Assembly: GCA_044440125.1 (NCBI GenBank)
Contig: JBITAJ010000027.1
Location: forward strand, 64,001 to 128,000
Reading direction: 5' to 3'
Length of the DNA stretch: 64,000 nucleotides
From: Sedimentisphaeraceae bacterium JB056
GTDB lineage: Bacteria > Planctomycetota > Phycisphaerae > Sedimentisphaerales > Sedimentisphaeraceae
Shown here: one piece after another, positions 37,682-46,973 of the stretch
Numbering within the stretch: position 1 is the first letter of the stretch
How the letters are laid out: each line of letters opens with the position of its first letter
The notes under the pieces: model-generated
What the model was told of the DNA's origin: nothing
What the model saw: only the letters and a program-made list of their open reading frames with translations
Database searches by the model: none
Position numbers and translations under genes: made by a program

Positions 37682-38959
37682 ATGGACGGTTTTAATTACA
37701 AGAACGGCGAATTATACGTCGAAAATGTACCTGTAAAAAGAATCGCTGATGAGGTTGGTACTGCTGCTTATATATACAGCAAAGCCACTTTTCTTGATCA
37801 CTTGAATAAGATTCAAGATGCTTACAAGGGCATAGAGACAATAGTATGCTATTCAATAAAGGCTTGCTCGAATATCAATATCCTAAAATTTATGGCTGAG
37901 GCCGGAAGCGGATTTGATATTGTAAGCGGCGGAGAGCTTTTCCGCGCAAAGCAGGCTGATGCTGATATGAGCAAGATAGTTTATGCGGGCGTTGGCAAGA
38001 CAGATAAAGAACTCTGTGAGGCTCTTGATGCAGGAATAGGTTACTTCAATATTGAGAGTGAAGCGGAGCTTGAGAATCTTATTTCCCTTGCAAAGGCTAA
38101 GGGTGTTAAGGCCAAAGCTGCATTGCGTATAAATCCTGATGTTGACCCTAAGACTCATACTTATATCACTACAGGTAAGAAGGAGAGTAAATTCGGTGTT
38201 GATATCGAGAGAGGACGCAATGTTTTCAACACATATAACGGAAACGGAGCGGTTGAACTTTGTGCTGTGCATATCCATCTCGGCTCCGGCGGCAATACGA
38301 TTGATCCGTATGTTGAAGCAATAGAGAAAATACTTCCAGTTATCGATCAGCTTCGCGAAGATGGCCACAATATTGAGGCCCTTGATCTTGGCGGCGGCTA
38401 TGGTGCAGATTATGTATCAGGTTATGGCCCGTCAGCGAAAGATTATGCTGCTGGTATTGTGCCTTTACTTAAAGATAAGGGACTCAAATTGATTCTCGAA
38501 CCTGGTAAGAGTATATGTGCTAATGCAGGCATACTTCTCACAGAGGTTCAGTATCTCAAACAGGGCGGTACAAAGAAGTTTGCGATAGTTGATGCCGGTA
38601 TGAATGATCTTATCAGGCCTCCTCTATACGATGCGTTCCATTTTATCTGGCCTGCTAAGGTTGATCCTTCTCAGGTTCCAACGAAAAGGAATGAGAATCT
38701 TGAGCTTGATGGACTTGAAAAGATGGATGTGGTAGGTCCGATTTGTGAGGGAAGCGATTTCTTTGCACAGGATAGAGACTTGCCGCCTGTTAAGCGTGGG
38801 GATTTGCTGGCTATATTTACCGCAGGTGCTTACGGCTTTACTATGGCAAGCAACTATAATTCAAGACCAACTTTGCCTGAGGTATTAGTTGATGGTGATG
38901 ATTTCAGTGTCATAAGACGCCGTCAGAACTATGAAGACCTTATATCACTTGAAAAATAG
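37682..38959 (+). CDS. lysA: Diaminopimelate decarboxylase
   Basis: YSIKAC, SGGEL, SKFG, HIHLGS, DLGGG, EPG, GPICE, GAYGFTMASNYN. Confidence 0.95.
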   Translation: MDGFNYKNGELYVENVPVKRIADEVGTAAYIYSKATFLDHLNKIQDAYKGIETIVCYSIKACSNINILKFMAEAGSGFDIVSGGELFRAKQADADMSKIVYAGVGKTDKELCEALDAGIGYFNIESEAELENLISLAKAKGVKAKAALRINPDVDPKTHTYITTGKKESKFGVDIERGRNVFNTYNGNGAVELCAVHIHLGSGGNTIDPYVEAIEKILPVIDQLREDGHNIEALDLGGGYGADYVSGYGPSAKDYAAGIVPLLKDKGLKLILEPGKSICANAGILLTEVQYLKQGGTKKFAIVDAGMNDLIRPPLYDAFHFIWPAKVDPSQVPTKRNENLELDGLEKMDVVGPICEGSDFFAQDRDLPPVKRGDLLAIFTAGAYGFTMASNYNSRPTLPEVLVDGDDFSVIRRRQNYEDLISLEK

Positions 38960-38972
38960 ACGATAAAAGATT

Positions 38973-39005
38973 AAAAGAGGCGGATTCAATGTCCGCCTCT
39001 TTTTT
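38973..39005. terminator. Bidirectional terminator between lysA and apt
   Basis: aaaagaggcgga / tccgcctctttt. Confidence 0.8.
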
Positions 39006-39017
39006 AGTTTATCGCGA

Positions 39018-39539
39018 TTAATATTCAAGCACTGTGTCGACCTGATAATTGATCAGGTTCTTGCGGCCTTCAAGAGCGGTTAGTTCTATCAGCAGCGATA
39101 TCCCTACAACATTCCCTTTGAGTTGCTCTACAAGATTGCAGGCGGCTTTAAGAGTGCCGCCGGTAGCAAGCAAATCGTCAACGATAAGGACATTTTCACC
39201 TTCTTTTATGGCATCAATATGCATTTCTATCTCATTAATACCGTACTCAAGTGAGTAGCTGTCAGAAACTTTCTTGTATGGGAGTTTGCCTTTTTTGCGT
39301 AATGGTATGAAACCTGCGCCAAGAGATCTGGCTATTGCCGAACCAAATATGAAGCCGCGGGCATCAATGGCTGCTATATGATCTATTTTCTTGTTGATGT
39401 AAGGCTCTGCCATCATATCCAAGACGGTATTGAATGCTTGCGGATTAGCCAAAAGGGGGGTTATGTCTCTGAAAATTATTCCCGGCGTTGGGAAGTCTTC
39501 TATGTCGCGCACCAGCTCTCTGATTTTTTGCAGTTCCAT
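39018..39539 (-). CDS. apt: Adenine phosphoribosyltransferase
   Basis: DFPTPGIIFRDITPLL, ARGF, RKKGKLP, LEYG, VDDLLATGGT. Confidence 0.95.
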   Translation of the reverse strand: MELQKIRELVRDIEDFPTPGIIFRDITPLLANPQAFNTVLDMMAEPYINKKIDHIAAIDARGFIFGSAIARSLGAGFIPLRKKGKLPYKKVSDSYSLEYGINEIEMHIDAIKEGENVLIVDDLLATGGTLKAACNLVEQLKGNVVGISLLIELTALEGRKNLINYQVDTVLEY

Positions 39540-39672
39540 ACTATTTCCTTAACAAATTTATAGCAAATATGTAATTGATCTTTCTTTCAGTTTGTATTGC
39601 TAAGATCATATATGTCAATAGTATATAAATACTGTATCATTGTCAATTGTATTTGGTTGGGAATTTTGGCGC

Positions 39673-39823
39673 AAAAAAAAGAGCGGTGCTTGGCACCGCT
39701 CCCCAGCTTTTTGAGGCAAAGCTGGTTATTAAGGAGGAGGAGGTCAAATTTTAATATGAGGGATAGTCTGATACGTTTTACGTTCGCTCTCACCTCAACT
39801 GCGGAGGCTTATACACCATCCAC
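39673..39823 (-). ncRNA. Candidate ~150-nt small RNA with a CCUCCUCCUCCUU tract
   Basis: Own promoter (39831-39859), two 3' hairpins and a U8 terminator (gagcggtgc/gcaccgctc); no listed ORF explains it. Confidence 0.6.
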
Positions 39824-39830
39824 GAATATA

Positions 39831-39859
39831 ATAGTACCAATATTAGTCCTACTTGTAAA
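39831..39859 (-). promoter_or_regulatory. Sigma70-type promoter with extended -10
   Basis: Minus strand TTTACA-N17-TACTAT with TGn immediately before the -10. Confidence 0.7.
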
Positions 39860-39899
39860 GAAAAAAAACGTTGCATAGCACATTTATATTAAAAAACAG

Positions 39900-40727
39900 T
39901 TATATTTCTTTTCTTCTTTTTCTTGCCGAATCAAGAAAATCGGCGATTGATGCCCGGCTTCTGTCATTTATAGCTGATTTCAGCTCATTAAGCGAGCTTA
40001 TCATCTGGTCTATACCGTCATTGAGATTTTGTGCATTTGACAGGAATATATCTTCCCATATATCCGATGGCCCTGCTGCAATTCTCGTTGCATCTTTAAA
40101 TCCGCTTCCAGCAAAGGATAAATCGACACCTTTTGTGGAGTTTACAAGTGCGGCAGCAGCAGCGTGTGGAAGATGGCTTAGTAAACCATAAAGCTTGTCG
40201 TGCTCATCAGTTGTCATTGTCACTGCAGTACATCCCAATTTAGTCCAGAATGCAGTAAGCTTTTCAAGTCTTTTATCATCAATATCATTGTGGAGGGTTA
40301 TGATGCATTTTGCGTTTTTAAGCATAGAATCGCTTGCATTTTCAAGTCCTGAGTTTTCACTGCCGGCTATTGGGTGCGATCCAATGAATACGTGTTTGTT
40401 TTTGAATATGCTCTGAGCCCACCTTACCGGCATTGTTTTTGTTGAACCAGTATCTGTTACTATGCAGTCTTCCCTAATAGAATCCCGTATCTGGAAATAC
40501 AAGTCCTTAAAAGTGAATATCGGGCTGGCTATTACTACAATGTCGGCGTCTTTCACACATTCAGCTGCGGTTGGAGCAATTTTGTCGCATATATTCAATG
40601 ATACTGCTTTTTTCATGACAGCAGAAGATCTGTCGTAACAGGTTACTGTTACGTCTTTTATGTGTTTTTTTGCCGCAAGTGAAACACTTGCTCCAAGTAA
40701 ACCTGTTCCTATCACTGCCAGATTCAA
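39900..40727 (-). CDS. tyrA: Prephenate dehydrogenase (start moved to TTG 40727)
   Basis: VIGTGLLGAS, TDTGSTK, HPIAGSE, HD..SHLPH, GFKDATRIA; GGAG just upstream of the TTG. Confidence 0.88.
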   Translation of the reverse strand: MNLAVIGTGLLGASVSLAAKKHIKDVTVTCYDRSSAVMKKAVSLNICDKIAPTAAECVKDADIVVIASPIFTFKDLYFQIRDSIREDCIVTDTGSTKTMPVRWAQSIFKNKHVFIGSHPIAGSENSGLENASDSMLKNAKCIITLHNDIDDKRLEKLTAFWTKLGCTAVTMTTDEHDKLYGLLSHLPHAAAAALVNSTKGVDLSFAGSGFKDATRIAAGPSDIWEDIFLSNAQNLNDGIDQMISSLNELKSAINDRSRASIADFLDSARKRRKEI

Positions 40728-40728
40728 A

Positions 40729-41214
40729 TTATTTCTCCATTTCCTGAAGGTCCAAAATAAATGCCACCTCGTCACATTGGTCCTGTTTGGGGCAATTAGC
40801 GCAGTCACTCCATACCTTCATGGGAAGCGTTTTTCTATCTACTCTTATAAATCCTGCTTTTTCAAAGAAAATCGGTTCAAGTGTCAAAGCGAATATTCGT
40901 GTTACACCAAGCCTCTTAGCTTTATTAACAGCTTCATTAACCAGCTTTTTTCCTATTCCCTGGCCGCTCATCTCTCTTTTTACAGCTAAAGACTTTACTT
41001 CCGCAAGGTCAGACCACAAGACAGCCATTGCTGCGCAGCCGACAACTTGTTTATTGTCATCCTCTGCGACAATGAAGGTCTGTATATTTTCATAAATACT
41101 TGCCATGGATCTGAACAGCATTCGATCAAACTCAGCAAAATCAGAGATTATCGAGTGTATAGCCTTGGCATCACTAACTTTAGCATTTCTTATAATCATA
41201 TTTAATATTCTCAA
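40729..41214 (-). CDS. GNAT N-acetyltransferase, short ArgA-like N-acetylglutamate synthase
   Basis: DLAEVKSLAV, QGIGKKLV, IFALT, LPMKVWSDC..CPK..CDE. Confidence 0.8.
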   Translation of the reverse strand: MRILNMIIRNAKVSDAKAIHSIISDFAEFDRMLFRSMASIYENIQTFIVAEDDNKQVVGCAAMAVLWSDLAEVKSLAVKREMSGQGIGKKLVNEAVNKAKRLGVTRIFALTLEPIFFEKAGFIRVDRKTLPMKVWSDCANCPKQDQCDEVAFILDLQEMEK

Positions 41215-41216
41215 AA

Positions 41217-41984
41217 TCAGATATCAAATTCAGCTACAAAAAAAGTATGATCACTTGGTTTTTCTTTTTCACGAGGTTTTTTGTCCACATAGCATCTTGT
41301 GCTTTTGTCGGCTAAAGGCTTGGTTACAAGTATATGGTCAATTCTCCATCCCCTATTATTCTGATAAGAGCCGCCTCTGTAGTCCCAAAAGGTAAATATC
41401 TGCTCTTCCGGGTGGTGTTTTCGGAGTATGTCAGTAAATCCGAAATCTTTGACATCTTTGAACGCATCCCAAACTTCCTGACGAAAACAAACGTGCCCGA
41501 GAAGGCCTTTTGGATTGTGTACATCAATATCTTCAGGTGCAACGTTCATGTCTCCAAGCCATACGACAGGATCGGTCGGCTTGAATCTTTTCTCAAAATA
41601 CTTTTTCAGTCTTGCATACCACTGGAGTTTGTAGGGGAATTTATCTGAGTCGATGCTGTTTCCCTGTGGTATATAGGTGTTTATTATGTTTATGCCGTTT
41701 ATCTTGGTGTTTATAATACGTGGTTCATCACGCGGCTCATCATCAAGGCCATATTCGAAATCATCGATTGGAAGACGGCTCAATGTTGCAACCCCATTAT
41801 AGCTTTTTTGGCCTTTGAATACGACTTCGTATCCGGTTTCCTTGATATCATCAAGCGGGAAATCCTTGTCCTGAACCTTGGTCTCCTGAATGCAGAGTAC
41901 ATCCGGCTCATTTTCACTGAGCCAGTCTTTGATTATCTGCATCCTGCTGCGTATTGAGTTGGCATTAAATGTCGCTATCTTCAT
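41217..41984 (-). CDS. xth: Exodeoxyribonuclease III
   Basis: MKIATFNANS, IQETK, SYNGVA, GDMNVAP, GWRIDH, PSDH. Confidence 0.95.
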   Translation of the reverse strand: MKIATFNANSIRSRMQIIKDWLSENEPDVLCIQETKVQDKDFPLDDIKETGYEVVFKGQKSYNGVATLSRLPIDDFEYGLDDEPRDEPRIINTKINGINIINTYIPQGNSIDSDKFPYKLQWYARLKKYFEKRFKPTDPVVWLGDMNVAPEDIDVHNPKGLLGHVCFRQEVWDAFKDVKDFGFTDILRKHHPEEQIFTFWDYRGGSYQNNRGWRIDHILVTKPLADKSTRCYVDKKPREKEKPSDHTFFVAEFDI

Positions 41985-42053
41985 ATTTCACCTTAGGTTA
42001 TCTATTTGGTATAAACTAACTGCAAAGATTATCAGTCTTTAGATTGTTAAAAA

Positions 42054-42791
42054 TCAATAAAATATTTTCATCAAGCATAAACCATTTGGCGGAGCAAGCA
42101 GTCCTGCCTGACGACGATCTTTTGCAGCTATTATATCGTCTATTATTTCGGGCATCCATCTGCCTCGTCCTACTTCAACTAAAGTGCCAACCATGTTTCG
42201 TACCATATTGTACATAAATCGATTGCCTTCAACGTCAATTGTTATCCAGTCATTTTTTCGGCTGACTTCGCACCTTGTTATCGTACGTATACTGTCGGTT
42301 CTGTAGTCTTTGGCGGAGGCGAACGACTTAAAATCCTTTGTTCCTACCATTCTCTCTGCTGCTGCCGACATATTTGAGACATCCAAACCGTAAGGATAGT
42401 GCCATACTGTCCTGAAATCAAACACAGGCTTTTCGTCTCCGGTGTATATAGTATACCTATAATGCTTTCCTATTGGCGCACCGATTGGGTCGAAGTTCAG
42501 TTTCATCTGCTCAACATCAACTATTGCTATGTCATTGGGAAGCAACGGATTGATTGCCTTTTTCATATTTTCGATAGGTATCGGTGTATCAATCACCATA
42601 TTTGCCACTTGGCCAAGGGCATGTACACCTGCATCTGTACGGCTTGTGCCGCAAATATGTATTTTCTGGTCGAAAAGCCTTTCCAGGGCATTTTCTATCA
42701 CTTCCTGAATGCTGATTGCATCTTTCTGTCTTGCCCAGCCATGGTACGCATTCCCGTCATAGCTTATTGTAAGTTTAATATTTTTAAGCAT
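42054..42791 (-). CDS. truA: tRNA pseudouridine(38-40) synthase
   Basis: YDGNAYHGW, SRTDAGVHALGQV, FMYNMVR, APPNGLCL. Confidence 0.95.
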   Translation of the reverse strand: MLKNIKLTISYDGNAYHGWARQKDAISIQEVIENALERLFDQKIHICGTSRTDAGVHALGQVANMVIDTPIPIENMKKAINPLLPNDIAIVDVEQMKLNFDPIGAPIGKHYRYTIYTGDEKPVFDFRTVWHYPYGLDVSNMSAAAERMVGTKDFKSFASAKDYRTDSIRTITRCEVSRKNDWITIDVEGNRFMYNMVRNMVGTLVEVGRGRWMPEIIDDIIAAKDRRQAGLLAPPNGLCLMKIFY

Positions 42792-42810
42792 TTAGATACT
42801 TTGTTCCTGT

Positions 42811-45111
42811 TTATAAATTCAACGCCCAGTTGCGATGATAATTCCAAGTTTCCTGATTGCCCCAGACGTTGTAATTGATATTCGAACCGATTCGTTCAAA
42901 TAATCGTTTTGCAGTTTCTATATCGTTGTTTAGGCAAGAGAATAGACAGAAATGATTTAGGAAAAAAAAGGATTGAGAAAATCTTGGGTCGTCAATTATT
43001 TGCTCAAAACCACTTTTGATTTTTGCGTAATCAAACTTAAAGTCATCAAAATCTCTCAAAGTGTTATTTTTTGCATAGACAGCTATTCTGCTGTAAAAAA
43101 TATCACCAAACCTGTCTTTTGTTAAATCGGCAGCTTCCTCAGCAAAGGCGACAACTTTATCAGTAGAGCCTCCCCATTTGGGAAGGATGCATTCAGTATA
43201 ATTCAAGTATAATTGTGTGTAATATTTATCAATTTTGATACCTTCTTCAAAAGCAGATCTTCCATCACTATCATTATCCATTGCCATCTGTGTTATAATC
43301 ATGGAGCTATATATATGAGGACATTTTTGTTCAAGTCTTAAGGCTTGCTCTATTATAGTTGTTGTTTTAGCCAGCCATTCCTGAAAGGCTTTATAATCGA
43401 CAATCTCATCAGCTAAGCCTCTACCACGTTTATCCCATGCAACATCCAAACTTACGCCTGCTTGCACAACAAATGGATATACTGATTGTGGGTATTGCTT
43501 TTTCCATTTTTCACATTTATCTACTACCCAATCATAATAATATTCTAAATCAGTCTGTTCCCAATATTCACTTAAACTTTCAAGTATAATTCGGTATTTT
43601 TGTTTTCCGTATTTTGAAAAATATTCGCCTGTAGCTCTTGACTGAGATATTATTTGCTCTAATTGTTCAAATTGTTCATCCCTGAACAAACATAGCACGA
43701 AATTGAATTCATCACTGCATTCTCTGTATTGACCTTTTACATTTTCTTCGCATTGATTTTGTTCAATTTTGGCAAGGATAAAATCGTTACCACCATATAT
43801 ACCATAATTTCGATTCTGTAACAAACCGTTATTCTTAACAACACCATCAACATAGGCATCAAGATATAGACCACTGCCCTTATTACTAAGACAGTTATTC
43901 CCAATTACATCTGCTTTACAATTACTGAGAGATATTCCGTTATAGAAGTTACCAACACATCCATTGTTTGTTATCTCTGCCATTCCAAGATCAAAGTATA
44001 TTCCATTCCTTTTATTGTTATTGCATTGATTATTATTTATACTAAAGCCTTTTGCTCTGGTATGGATACATATGCCTTGGTAATTCTCACTGCATATATT
44101 ATCTGATATTTGAATGCCAGTAAGCTGTTCAACATATATCCCGCTATAATCACAACAGCTAATATCATTTGAGTTAACCTTTACATCAATATCGTGACCA
44201 ATGATACTAATGCCGTATTTTTTGGAGTTGCGTATCTTGTTGCTTTCAATCACAGAAGATTCTTTTTCTGATCTAAGCTGTGAATTATAGCTGATGCCAT
44301 TTGTACCACTACTCAATATACTATTGCTGCTAATATCATTTCTTCCTTTAGCTTGTGAAACCAAAATTCCATTGCGATGATTATCTATTATTGTACATTT
44401 TTCTATAATTCCGCTACTTTGTCCGCCAACATATATTCCATCATAACCGTTTTCTGTAATTAAACATTCGGATATCATGTATTTCATCTCAGTATTGTTA
44501 TAATCTTCTGGAAACAATTTTGACTCAAGCCTTATACCGCTAATTCTGTTATTTTTCATCTGAGAATCTGAAATGGTTAGCTTTGAAAAATCAGCATACA
44601 CACCTTCACCCAGTCCGTCCTCAAATGTACATTTTGAGATATTTATATCGCTGTCAGATATTTTGATTGCGGCTATACGAGATTTTGAGCAATTGATATT
44701 TTCAATTGTAGCAGTACTCTTTACAATCTGTATGCCATATCTGAATTTGAATCGCTCTTCATCACCCTTTATCGTGAAATTTCTTAAAGTAACTCCTTGA
44801 ACATTCTCAATAGATATTACACTATTATTATGCCCCACAGATAGTACTACTCCTTCAGTAGATTCTCCTTCAAGTTTTATTGATTTACTTATAAAAATTC
44901 TTTCATCATAATTGCCATTAGGTATGGTTATAATTTGCCCATCAGTAGCATTGTTAATTAATGCTTGAAGATTAGAATCGCTCGAATTATTATTCTCCAT
45001 TTTTTCTATATCGGTGCCTTGCGACGATTCTTTGTCTTGTTTGCAACCAGTCAAAGTTATAGCAATTGCAAGCCACAATACTAATAATATTGTACTGATA
45101 TTTTTAGACAT
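42811..45111 (-). CDS. Lipoprotein with right-handed beta-helix (NosD/pectin-lyase fold) repeats and a C-terminal DUF4034-like domain
   Basis: LTGC lipobox; many GI..../N.I..N repeats; W....PQS, AWDKRGRG, LPKWGGS. Confidence 0.7.
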   Translation of the reverse strand: MSKNISTILLVLWLAIAITLTGCKQDKESSQGTDIEKMENNNSSDSNLQALINNATDGQIITIPNGNYDERIFISKSIKLEGESTEGVVLSVGHNNSVISIENVQGVTLRNFTIKGDEERFKFRYGIQIVKSTATIENINCSKSRIAAIKISDSDINISKCTFEDGLGEGVYADFSKLTISDSQMKNNRISGIRLESKLFPEDYNNTEMKYMISECLITENGYDGIYVGGQSSGIIEKCTIIDNHRNGILVSQAKGRNDISSNSILSSGTNGISYNSQLRSEKESSVIESNKIRNSKKYGISIIGHDIDVKVNSNDISCCDYSGIYVEQLTGIQISDNICSENYQGICIHTRAKGFSINNNQCNNNKRNGIYFDLGMAEITNNGCVGNFYNGISLSNCKADVIGNNCLSNKGSGLYLDAYVDGVVKNNGLLQNRNYGIYGGNDFILAKIEQNQCEENVKGQYRECSDEFNFVLCLFRDEQFEQLEQIISQSRATGEYFSKYGKQKYRIILESLSEYWEQTDLEYYYDWVVDKCEKWKKQYPQSVYPFVVQAGVSLDVAWDKRGRGLADEIVDYKAFQEWLAKTTTIIEQALRLEQKCPHIYSSMIITQMAMDNDSDGRSAFEEGIKIDKYYTQLYLNYTECILPKWGGSTDKVVAFAEEAADLTKDRFGDIFYSRIAVYAKNNTLRDFDDFKFDYAKIKSGFEQIIDDPRFSQSFFFLNHFCLFSCLNNDIETAKRLFERIGSNINYNVWGNQETWNYHRNWALNL

Positions 45112-45154
45112 AAAAACCTCCTATTTGATGGACAATTGCAACTATTACAAATCG

Positions 45155-46456
45155 TTATGAGCTACTTATATATTTTTCGATGCTACTGGCTATTGTTTGC
45201 CAAGTCCAGCGTCTCTTGTCATCGTCAGTTTCGAGTAGAGTGACCCTGAAGCCGCGTTTTTTACAACAGAAACCAGTGAGCGGAACAACGCAGATGCCTG
45301 TTGAGCCAAGCAGATAGTAGACAAATCTCTTGTCCGGTTCTACATCTCTTACTTTCTGTTCGACATATTCACGTACACGTTTATCCTCTATTGGGAGGGT
45401 TTGATTATTGTTCAGCACACCTTCGTCAAACAGCACGGGCATATAGAAAGCACCGTGAGGCTTAGTTACAAAAATCCCTTCGACTCTTGAAAGTATGTCC
45501 CAAGCTTCATTAACGCGATCTTCAAACATCTTTTTTCTTCTGCTGAGATGTTCTATATATCGTGAATCGCCCATTATAAGGGGGATCGAGTACTGTGGAA
45601 GACTCGTGGAGCAGACTTCAAGCATTTTCGCATTGATAATGCTCTTAATGTATTGTTTGAACATTGGATGCTTATCCTGGTTGAAAACTTCAAACCAGCC
45701 GCATCTGCCGCCCGGCCAGGGATATTCTTTTGAGATACCTCTGAGAGCCATTCCCGGTACATCACCGATGACTTCGCTGAGATGAACAGTTTCTGAACCG
45801 TTATAAACTATATGCGCATATATCTCATCGCATATAATAAATATATGATGCTTCTTGGCAATTTCAACTATCTTTTCAAGAAGCTCACGAGGATACACGG
45901 TACCTGTTGGATTGTCAGGATTTATAAGCAGTATTCCCGCAATCGAATCGTTATATTTGATCTTATTTTCGAGATCTACAAGATCAGGAAGCCAATTGTT
46001 GTATGGATCAAGCTCGTATGTAAGATGTTCATATCCTGAATGAGCAGCCTCTGCCGATGAGTGCGTGGAATAAGCAGGAGATGGTCCTATTATTCTCGCT
46101 TCACGTTTCAAGAAGCCGAAAACCTTAGCTACTGCATCTCCAAGTCCATTGAAAAACACAATGTCATTGCTTGTTATTTGGCATCCACCGCGTATATTAA
46201 CTTGTTCTGCAAGAAACTCACGTGCGCAGCAAACTCCTTGGGTATCAACATAACCATATGTTTTATCTTGGTTTACGAGATCCGTTATTATATCTTTGAT
46301 CCATTGAGGCATTTTTTCGCCTTTCTGAATCGGGTCGCCTATGTTTTCCCAGGTGATTTCAACACCCAGTTTTTGAAGCTCTCGGGCAACGGCTACAATC
46401 TCTCTTATTTCGTAGGTAAGTTGTCCAGAGCCTTCATGAACTATGTCTCTTCTCAA
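45155..46456 (-). CDS. PLP-dependent class I/II aminotransferase (AlaA-like)
   Basis: ENIGDP, INPDNPTG, DEIY, GISKEYPWPGGRCG. Confidence 0.88.
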   Translation of the reverse strand: MRRDIVHEGSGQLTYEIREIVAVARELQKLGVEITWENIGDPIQKGEKMPQWIKDIITDLVNQDKTYGYVDTQGVCCAREFLAEQVNIRGGCQITSNDIVFFNGLGDAVAKVFGFLKREARIIGPSPAYSTHSSAEAAHSGYEHLTYELDPYNNWLPDLVDLENKIKYNDSIAGILLINPDNPTGTVYPRELLEKIVEIAKKHHIFIICDEIYAHIVYNGSETVHLSEVIGDVPGMALRGISKEYPWPGGRCGWFEVFNQDKHPMFKQYIKSIINAKMLEVCSTSLPQYSIPLIMGDSRYIEHLSRRKKMFEDRVNEAWDILSRVEGIFVTKPHGAFYMPVLFDEGVLNNNQTLPIEDKRVREYVEQKVRDVEPDKRFVYYLLGSTGICVVPLTGFCCKKRGFRVTLLETDDDKRRWTWQTIASSIEKYISSS

Positions 46457-46973
46457 TTGCTTAACCTCTATATATTAATAAAGCAGTAGATATTCTCGCT
46501 GATTATCTGACTGCAAAACTATTTACTATAATTCCATTAGAGCATATATTACGGCAAAAACCATATCATATCAACTATTTAAGAAGAAAAAGTTATTTGT
46601 TTGGTCTGAAAATATTAAAGGCTTCTTTTGACATCTCAGGCATATTTGACAATAATTAGTTAGGTGATATTTGTTTGCTTAAGTAAGATAATGAGCATAT
46701 TTATTTACAAAGCGGTTGATTTACACTAATTATATTGTAATATAGATTTATGTTAATTTGGTGATTTTTCTATATAGTTGCTAAATAATTGTTATTAAAA
46801 TAGTGTAATCTTGGTATTTTGCAGGTAAAAACGCGTTTTTTATCCCTGTATTAGGGGGTAGACCACCGTTTTTTTCTTTGCGTTTAGTTTTTTTTTGATA
46901 AAATACCCTATGTTGCGGATTTAGTAAGTTATATCTTATAGTGTATTACATTGGAATATGCGACGAGGCAGTA

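Noticed and set aside
46457..46973. AT-rich gap before the RHS gene as ncRNA or mobile-element end
   Set aside because: Only short palindromes (aaaacgcgtttt; ccct..aggg); consistent with divergent promoters, nothing more supportable.
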